NCBI GenBank assembly: GCA_951406725.2
Contig: OX597839.1
Coordinates: 36,208,001-36,272,000, forward strand
Source of the DNA: Octopus vulgaris
Taxonomy: Eukaryota
Reading direction: 5' to 3'
Length of the DNA stretch: 64,000 bases
Below the pieces are notes generated by a model. It made no database searches, was not told the DNA's origin, and was given only the letters and a program-made list of their open reading frames with translations. A program made the position numbers and the translations under genes. This document shows positions 55,260 to 64,000 of the stretch, one piece after another (position 1 is the first letter of the stretch; the number at the start of each line of letters is the position of its first letter).

Positions 55260-57100
55260 GTTATGATCGAAACATTTGCTGGGAATTGAATTTTTTTTGC
55301 CAAGATCTTCAGTTTCATTATTTGAAGTTTAAGTCCAAATGTGTTTGTTTTATTGCAAATGGCTGGTTGCCCACCTTTAACACATCATAACAATGATTTC
55401 ATACCAGTCATTAGTGCATTTAGTGTTTTTGGTGGTTTCCAGTTCCTTATTGAGTGATGTCGAAATTTTTATGATAGATTTGTGGTTGTTTGCTCTTTAC
55501 TAATCAGATCAACACTAGGTGGAGGGGCCGTTCCCCTTTCACCTGTTTGTTGAGCTTGAGGTCTCAGTACATTGTCACTGTGGTAGTCATTAATGAAACA
55601 TCCATCAATGAACTCAGGGGATTCTTTGGACTGGATTCTTAAAAATCAACAACCCAGCAGAAATCAATGGAACTTTGTTCAGTAGAACCAGAGGTTGAGT
55701 GATTTCCTGTGGAGTTTGGTCTTTCAGGTGTGGCTATATCTTCAGAGGGGTCAGTGTTGATTTGATCATCTTTGTAACATGTCCAAGCATATGGCTCATA
55801 TTTATTGTTAGATATTTTAACTGTATTTTCTGTGAAGCTTGGTCTTCTAGAATTTGCTTATATCTTCAATTAAGACAATGTCAGTTTGATCATTTTGGTA
55901 TCAGATGTGAGCACTGTGATGTGTAGCATCAATTACACATCAATATAGCCGGCTTTTGGCTCATATTTGTTGTTAGTATTAAACCATCAAAGTAAAACTT
56001 CTCCAGGCTCAGGCAGCCCTCCATATAAAGACTGTCCCTTTGGTAAGTGATGGTGAAGTTTAGTCTTCCATGAAGCATCAAGTTTGTCACTGTGTAAAAG
56101 AAGGATTTAATTTTATAGGGTAGTTATCCCTTAAAATCTCAACCTATTGTTTGCCAGCTTTCTTGAATAAAAGGGAAGTGTTGTATTTCTTCGCAGTGCT
56201 TCTTTTAGAGGTTCTTTTATTTTCCAGTTGGATGGTATGGAGCTGTTTACCGTTTCAACAAGGTTATTGTTCTTCACTAAAGTTCAAGTAGCTTGAGACT
56301 TACATTGAGGGTCACTAGTCTGAAGCGATTGAAACTGGGGCAACAAATGTGAAGAATATATTTGAAGACAGTAAAAGCCACAGGAGCTGACATATCTGAC
56401 TGTGGAACTGTAAAGTGAAAACTTGATTAATTCATCTCTGATTGCAAACAGTAAGAGATAGACAATGGTAAAAGGTCTTTGAAGTTGACACTGTGACTCA
56501 GATGGTTGTGGGTAGTTGATAAGTTCAGCATGTGGGGGATGAGGAACTGTGGTTTCCGTTCCAACCATATGAGGTGTAAGTTTTTAGACCTGACATACTG
56601 CTATAATTGAGTCACTCCGGGATGATACAAAAGCTTATATAAATAGTATGTGTTCCTTGGAAACAATGTTGTAGAGTGGCATCGGGTAATATCATAGGCT
56701 GCTGTTAGCTTTGCCAGGGATGTGTTGGATGTCCTAATTGTAGATTGAGTAGAGTGTTAACTAACTCAATATGCCAATGAAGAACATTATTCTTTGTTTT
56801 TATCTTTTGTGACAAAATATGAACAGGGTTGCATTTTAATCAATGTGTTGTCGAAGGTAGCCATGATGTAAAATAACAAAAAAAAAATTGTTTTACCTCT
56901 TTTTATGATAACCATAGGCTCCTTTCCAGTTGATGAGAAATTTTGCTCAGAGTGAGTAAAAGATCTGGTAAAGTGATGGGTTTATCGTGCACTGAAAGGA
57001 CGCTGAGATTGTAGTTCCAGAAACATTGACTTTTAAGACTTAGTGGGACTTGAGAGAAGATAGGTGAGAGGGCAACACTAATAAACAGCATTCAGCTGTT
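55260..57100 (-). mobile_element. Possible very old LINE relic
   Basis: Non-simple 1.8-kb stretch with only weak RT-like traces on the minus strand; no clean motif. Confidence 0.25.
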
Positions 57101-58669
57101 TTTTTCTACAATGGAAAGCAGGGTTTAGTTGGAGTTGAATGACCATATTTATTTGTGTATAAGTTGGACTTTTTAATACTTGATTTAAACTGGTGGGTGG
57201 GTGGGTGGGGGGGAATTTGAGGTGCAACTTTTGCCATGGGGCAAAGCTAATACTATGAAGAGAAAAACTTTTGTACCAAAATGTAACACAAAATTAGCAA
57301 GAAAGGAGAAACACGTTTAAGGTAGTAACTAAACAGACTCTAGTAGTTTCTGTTTGGCATTACTAGGAAAAGATATTTTTTCCTTGTTGAATGTAACGTC
57401 AAGTTACTTAGTAACTGAAAGCTGCACTGGGCCAAAGCTTCATGGTATTCTTCAATAGATTTCCCCCACACCTTAAGCACAGGTGTGAGATAAGCATGGA
57501 CTACTTTGATAAGGTTTATTGGTAATTATACCATCATTCATCACTTTAAAAGGTACTTTATAGCATTAGTCACACCGATGAGTTATTTTATAAACTGAAA
57601 TAGGCACCAGAACCTGGTGTAAATTTTGGCAGCAAAGATGTTTAATCCTCAAGCATGTAGTAATTGTATTGCAGACGTAGATTAAACTGTCCTATCAAAC
57701 ATCACTGTACAATGATAAACATTAACTGTACTAGCACACACACATTAAGTGTATTACAGACATATATTTACTGCATTGGATACTGGTATAAGAACAACTA
57801 GCCATATCAATGTTTAGTGTTACCTTATTTCTGTCTGTCTGTCTGTCTCTATATGTATAGGGAGAGGGATAACTCACATGCATCATGTTTACGCATGTAT
57901 GTGAGAAATTTAATACAAAACATCAAGGTCAAAATGGGGGAGGCAGCATTATACCCCCCCCTCTTACTAAAAAAAAAAGAAAGATAAGAGGATAAAATAT
58001 ATTATTGATTTTTTAGTTACAAAAAGGAGTTGCATTGTATTTGAAATCCTATTGTAAATACAGCACCCTTCCCTGTTTACTGGAGTAAAATGCAGTATCA
58101 GATATAATGCTGCCTTCACATTTTTGTGTACCCCCCCCCCCCCATATTTTGTATGTTGATCTCTCCACCTCCCCATCTCCCTTCATCCACCCCTTGTCTC
58201 TCTGCTTGAAAATTCATCCATGCAAGACGTATGCATTGTTCAAATCTGGCGTTTTGACAATGCAACCTCTCTCACCTTTCATCATCAGGAAAAACAATAT
58301 TTGCCAGTCTCAGTTTTAGCCATACTTTTATTTATTAGTTAAAAACAACCTTGATGGTAGGTGGGGGGAAGAAAAATTGCAAGGTGGCATTTGTTCAAAC
58401 CCTGCTGAGGTCAACGTTGCCTTTCATTCATTAAAGGTTGATAAATTAAAGTAGCTGCAATCACTAACCACTCACCATCATAATTGCTGGCCTTGTACAT
58501 AAATTAGAAACCACTTCTGGTTAAGACCTTGCTCTTAAATGCTACAAATTTGTGTGTGTGAGTGTGCGCATGCCTGTGTCCAATAACAAAGGGCTGAAAA
58601 TGTGTTGTATATATTTGAATAAAGTAAGTTTTATTTGTTAACATAGGTGGTAAATATTTCTATTATAGA

Positions 58670-59535
58670 TGAGGTGGTATCAAAATCTTCCTGGACTAGT
58701 TCTGTAGCATGCCAACAGATGGCGGCACATGGTTGTGTATGCAACGAGAGCTAGCACTGGCCTTGATGAGGTAGTGTCCCAAGTGGCATTGCTGTGTTTA
58801 CTTTGTAAGTTGTGAAATTTGTGTTTTTGTGATCACGTGAGTATGCTGTAGTCTGTGATTTTTGTCATGAGCAGGAAGTTGGAACAAAGAGCCAGTGTGA
58901 AGTTTTGTGTTAAACTGCTACACAGACACAGAGCATGCTTTGGCAAACTTATGGTGATGAGGCAATGGGTCGTACACAATGAGTCCATGAGTCGAGTGAC
59001 ATGGGAGCTTCAAGAGTGGAAGGATGTCTTTGGAAGACAATGAGCAAACTGGGAAAAACCTGCTGTGAGTGTCACCCCTGGAAATGTGGAGGACGATCAA
59101 CGATGTTTTGGAGGAGGACATTTGGCGAAAGCCGTTGGATGTGTGGAGCACAAAGAATACTTCATAATGACAATATGCCCTGTCATTGATCTCTCCTCGC
59201 TTGTGAGTTTCTTGCCAAAAACAGCATGGTACTACTTCCGCACCCGCCCAATTCACTATATTTAGCACCGGTGGACTTCCATCTCTTCCCCAAGATGAAA
59301 ATGTTGCTCAAAAGTTGCAGTTTTAACACTGTTGTCAAGATCAAGAGTGAATCGCAAAAAGTCCTTGACTCACGAAAAATTACTTCCCGGCCAGATTCCA
59401 AAACTGGCAGGAACACTGGGACCGGGGTATTGCTGTGCAAGGTGACTATTTCATAGAAGATGAGGCTAAAACTTAGGTAAATAAGTTATTTTCTACTACA
59501 CACAACTGGTCCAGGAACTTTTTGATACCATCTTG
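58670..59535 (+). mobile_element. Internally deleted, degenerate mariner transposon
   Basis: ~32-bp TIRs (tgaggtggtatcaaaatcttcctggactagtt / aactggtccaggaactttttgataccatcttg) with TA on the right; transposase fragments MSRKLEQRASVKFCVKL, ILHNDNMPCH and HPPNSLYLAPVDFHLFPKMK (cf. HPPYSPDLAP.DF.LF). Confidence 0.9.
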
Positions 59536-59570
59536 TATCTATCTATAACAAAATAAAGATACAAAATTGT

Positions 59571-59779
59571 ATAAAGATGCAGCACGAAGTTTTGTCAGTG
59601 AACAGGTTGCGGTCTCAAAGCGACAAAAATATTTTGACAAATTAAATTTAAATGTTGACGTGAATCTAACGGTTTTGTGTGTTTCTTAAATGGCTTATAA
59701 ACACCTTCCACGCTGCAATTGTTTTCGTTCCACCACACAATCTCAGATCAGGTCACTAGCTATGCAAGTACATCTCTGT
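59571..59779 (+). mobile_element. ~210-bp non-autonomous Penelope-like element (copy 2)
   Basis: Homologous to 37148-37356; flanked by the direct repeat aagatacaaaattgt (59556-59570 and 59780-59794), i.e. a retro-type TSD. Confidence 0.6.
59591..59641 (+). ncRNA. Second copy of the G3-C8 hammerhead-like fold, likely inactive (GAAA>AAAA)
   Basis: Same stem I and GUGAACA core; stem II gttgc/gcgac; G12 replaced by A. Confidence 0.5.
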
Positions 59780-60367
59780 AAGATACAAAATTGTTTTCAC
59801 ATAAATATTTTTTACATGGAAACAGTTTTGTATATATATTTTTATACACGTTGATATATAATAGACCCATGTTAACAAATAAAACTTGTTTTATTCAATT
59901 TAACACATTTTCAACCTTTTGTCCCCCCGACCCCAATTTGTAGCATTTAATCACAAGGTGAGTTTTACACAAAGCGAAGAAAGAGAATCATATATTACTG
60001 AAAAGTGTATAGAAAAAATTGTTTGCATATAAAAGAAGTTTTACTGAATAAATTTTCATGCATACCAATCTTTTCTTCCTCTGGTTGTGATTGTGTGACA
60101 TGACAGAAATTTGTGATGAGTAACGCCTGAATAGAAACTAAATGAAGCCGAAAATATAAGGCATTCTGGGAAAAGAAAGTGCTAGCTTGAGGTTCGAGGA
60201 AGTTTTAGGCGGCATTTTTTTGAGAAGGAGGGAGAGTATAGCTTGGAAAAACAATCAGGAATTTCTGTGAAACAACTTACTGCAAGTCACAGAAGATATG
60301 TGTTTTTGGTGCAGGTTTTTAGTCTGGCAGGAAGTGATATTGTGGTGGAATGATGTTGGAGATGAAG

Positions 60368-60569
60368 TCGGGCGAAATGCCTAGCCGTATTTCGTCTGTC
60401 GTTACGTTCTGAGTTCAAATTCCACCGAGGTCGACTTTGCCTTTCATCCTTTCGGGGTCGATAAATTAAGTACCAGTTACGCACTGGGGTCGATATAATT
60501 GACTTAATCCATTGTCCGTCCTTGTTTGTCCCCTCTATGTTTAGCCCCTTGTGGGCAGTAAAGAAATAC
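60368..60569 (+). mobile_element. SINE family 2, 5'-truncated, inserted in an RTE LINE
   Basis: Reverse complement of the 6334 and 25315 copies. Confidence 0.85.
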
Positions 60570-61111
60570 ATTAATGATAAGAGACACGTGTTGGAAGAGT
60601 GGAAGAAAGGAGAGGCACAATGTTAGGTGGGTAGAAGAGAAACTAGGCATTGGGAATACTAAGCACAGAGAAAAGTTGAAGGTATGAGGTGAGCCAGTGT
60701 TCTGTGAAGAGAAGCGAGGTATTCTGGATGGCAAAGTCAGTGTCAGTGTAAAGTTTGTGTAGAGTTACATTAGTGCGCTTGACCTTAGAGACATCAAGAG
60801 GATGGAGTTGAGAAATGTTATGAGGAGTGGTGAATGAGAAAACAGCATGAAAGAATGAGAGACTATCCTAAGTAGATTTGATGGAGTGACCAGCCACTGA
60901 AGTCTGTAGGAGCTGTTATGTTGTTGGAAATGTGATTGAGGGTATGAAAGCTGGCAAAGCAATTGGACCATCAGGAATAGTTGAGGAAATGCTGAATATA
61001 TTCTCTAGAAGATGAGATGAGCCAGTCACTGGCATAGCCCACCAGGTAGTACAGGGAAGGGTTATATGGAAGCATCAGATTTAAAGGCCTGGTAGTGAAG
61101 TTACAAGTTAA

Positions 61112-61332
61112 CCCTTTCGTTACCGTATTTCTGTTGAGATGCTCTGTGTTTCTTTCAATTATTTTAAATATAACAAAGAATTTAGTAAAATAAACTTAGT
61201 TATCGTTCAGCTAGTGTTTGGAACATAAATTGTGACTAAGGTTTGGTGGAAGATTTTGATTCAAAACTTATGAAAACAAGACATTTGTACTCAGAGCCAG
61301 AGCCGGTTTCAGCCGGGTTGGTAACGAAAGGG
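61112..61332 (+). mobile_element. piggyBac-type MITE family A, inside an RTE LINE
   Basis: Perfect TIR ccctttcgttacc/ggtaacgaaaggg; left TTAA present, right TTAA absent. Confidence 0.85.
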
Positions 61333-62400
61333 CTGCAGAAGATCTTGGCCATACTTTAGCATTCATTGACATAGAGAAAACTTTTGACAGAATATCAGTC
61401 TGTATGCTGTTTGATGGTTGCTAAGGAAGTTAGTTGAGAGATACTGTTTGCAAGTTGAGAGGGGATGAGTTGAGCAAGGAATTTAGCTGATGACCTAGTT
61501 TTTATAGTTGAGTAATCTGTTGAAAGATTTGAGAAGAAATTCCAAATGTGGAACCAAAGCCTTGAATTAAGAATCCTCCAAGTAAACGTAGCAGAAGGAG
61601 AAGGCAGCAGAACTTGACTGGCATCTGGAAAGTGGCCATGTTTTAATATGAAAACAAAAAAAGAATAAGTATGGATTCTGTACACCTACCTTTGTAAACT
61701 GTGGGTGCTCAACAGGAATAGTGGGCTCACAGGTAGTAGTGACAGATGAAAGCTGATAGATTAAGAGGAGTAGTTAACAATAAGGGTACCCAGGAAATAA
61801 ACTCTCTTTGAAATGGTTGAAAAGCTTCATAGGAGTAGTTAATGGTTTCGGTTATTTTTAGGTGACTAATTAGCAGAGGATGTAGTAGCCAGAGTAAGAA
61901 CAGGGTGGGAAAATTTGAGGAAGCCATTTACTTAGCTACTAACACAAAAGGATTGTCTGTCTGTCTGTCTGTCTCTGTGTCTCCCCCTATCTCTGTCTGT
62001 CTCTCTCTGCATGGTTGTGAAACATGAGCAATGAATGTGGGGGCTACAGAGGCTAGCTAGGAAGAAGTGAAGTGAATGTGGTACTACTGCAAGATGTATC
62101 CTTTTAGTGTATATGTATGACAGGATACCGTTGAGCTGCTGAAAGAGAGAGAGAGAGAGGTATAAAAGGAATCAGATGTGTCAAAGAGAGGGTATGAAGG
62201 ATGGTAGTTTGATGAAGAATTACTAGTAATATAAATAGAAAGGACCCCCAAGTCATTCACAGAAATGCTGAAAGCTGAACTTCCAAAAAAGAAATGGCAT
62301 GGCAAGATACTATAAGTAGATGGTGAAATGGAACTGTATTAGATGTATATATTATCGGTACATTAACTATACTACAGATTGTGCACACGCACACAATGTA

Positions 62401-62438
<38 letters not shown>

Positions 62439-62736
62439 AAATCAAAAATAAGCAACAAGAATGACTCTGGTAATTTGGTACAATTGTTTCACACTACAAC
62501 ATTTTATTAAAAGATGTTAAGAATTACAGCAGATTTAAGATGCTGAGTGCTCTTCAGCCAATTATATAGGTTTTCCAATAATATAAAAGCTTTCAAATCA
62601 AGTAGTAACATTTTAGAGAAGGTAAATATACAGATAAAGATGTAGATTTAAATTTTAAGAACATATATATAAAAGAACTGCAGGCATATATGCTAACTGT
62701 GCTTCAGACATATTACAAACACGTTGGTTGTACCCT

Positions 62737-62738
<2 letters not shown>
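62439..62738 (-). mobile_element. Penelope-like terminal fragment
   Basis: Unique ~300 bp between (TG)(TA) and (TA)n tracts, containing the hammerhead fold. Confidence 0.45.
62471..62564 (-). ncRNA. Type I hammerhead ribozyme (Penelope-type, palindromic stem III)
   Basis: Minus strand reads taattgg-CUGAAGA-gcact-cagcat...atgttg-t-agtgt-GAAA-caattg-UA-ccaaatta. All core nucleotides present, GUA triplet, G10.1-U11.1 wobble. Confidence 0.65.
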
Positions 62739-62799
<61 letters not shown>

Positions 62800-63509
62800 C
62801 TGTATTGACCTTGGTCTCTTTCACTAAACAAAGAACTTCCCCCTCCCTTCCTATCTAAAACCAAGTTTGGCTCCAGACAAAGAAAGAAAGAAGCATGAAA
62901 GCTCACTGTCCTTTCTCATGATTTGTGGCTTCCACCTAATTAACTACCTGACTCTTTGTGTTTATTTTAGTAAATATTTCTCAAACTGTTGGCAATAACA
63001 ACTTTTTTCTACTGAAATATTAATGCCTAAAATTTTCTTATTGGCCTCCATTGATAACATCTGACATTGTTTCCCCGAAAACGACTGCACCTTCCTCTCT
63101 ATTCCTCAGCCTTTATCTTTATACTGTTACCACTGCTGCACCCTACTTAAGCCAAGCTACTGCTGATATCACCATCATCATCATCATCATCATCATTAGC
63201 CCCCCCCCCCACCATTTCACTTGTCTTGTGGTGGTAGTAATAGTAGTAAAGACTTCAGCTAATTCAGGTTCCAGTTATGTCATTTGTTGAGGAAATTGTG
63301 GTTGTTGTTTGTTTTTTTTTTCTTTATCAGCGAAAGTATGTTACATATTTTGTAGCTAGTATATGACAACGTTTGACGGGGATGGTCACAGCTTGTAACA
63401 ACAGCTGTTTTATCAGGCCTCCTATTGTAGTCATGACATGGATTCCAGATATCATGCAAATTTAGTGTGTAATGGTGATTAAAACTACTGATTCTACAGA
63501 TACACACGT

Positions 63510-63574
<65 letters not shown>

Positions 63575-63640
63575 TTATATATATATATACATATACACAC
63601 ACACACACACACATATACATACACACACATATATATACAC

Positions 63641-63730
<90 letters not shown>

Positions 63731-64000
63731 GCACACACATATATACATACATGCATACACACCCATGTATATCTATGTATGTCCATGTGCACATGCATGT
63801 GTGTGTGTACATATTACATGAATTATATATCTCTATATTGTGTGTATTTGTGTGTGTGTGCCTGTCTATATGTATCTACTATGCCTTTAATAACCAACTG
63901 CCACCCACCCTCCTCCTCTGCACTTGTAATTTGGATTCCAAGGCTTCGTCGTCTGCCGTCGTCATCACAACTACTGGCAGCCACCACCACCACATGCGGA

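Larger units (their letters stand above)
58586..59922. mobile_element. Old foldback/palindromic element hosting the mariner and the 210-bp element
   Basis: 58586-58648 is an imperfect inverted repeat of 59865-59922; palindromic centre near 59805. Confidence 0.55.
60100..62330 (+). mobile_element. Degraded RTE-clade LINE ORF (reverse transcriptase region)
   Basis: Frameshifted motifs in the expected order: WWNDV, AFIDIEKTFDR, ADDLV, SGKWPC, YLGD-like, RTGWGKF-like, LHGCET. Interrupted by a SINE and a MITE. Confidence 0.75.

Overview
Eukaryotic, AT-rich, repeat-dense genomic DNA, most likely a coleoid cephalopod (Octopus-like, judged from the SINE families and the (TA)n/(CA)n load). I can support only one coding exon: a 282-nt phase 2-2 exon at 18352-18633 (+) encoding the C-terminal part of RRM1 of a SPEN/split ends homolog. 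The rest of the window therefore appears to be two very large spen introns (>18 kb and >45 kb). These contain several tRNA-derived SINE families, three ~220-bp TTAA-flanked piggyBac-type MITE families, hAT MITEs with 8-bp TSDs, a non-autonomous Helitron, a deleted mariner, RTE-type LINE relics, and micro/minisatellites, often nested. The most notable signal is a set of short, mostly (TA)n-associated Penelope-like elements carrying minimal type I hammerhead-ribozyme folds. One has a near-canonical core (62471-62564, -) and a two-copy family has a compensatory G3-C8 core swap (37167-37216 and 59591-59641, +). There is also a near-perfect 55-bp intronic inverted repeat (45298-45498). Nearly all ORFs in the supplied track are microsatellite or SINE artefacts. 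All calls were made by eye, and family names are recalled from memory, not from database searches.
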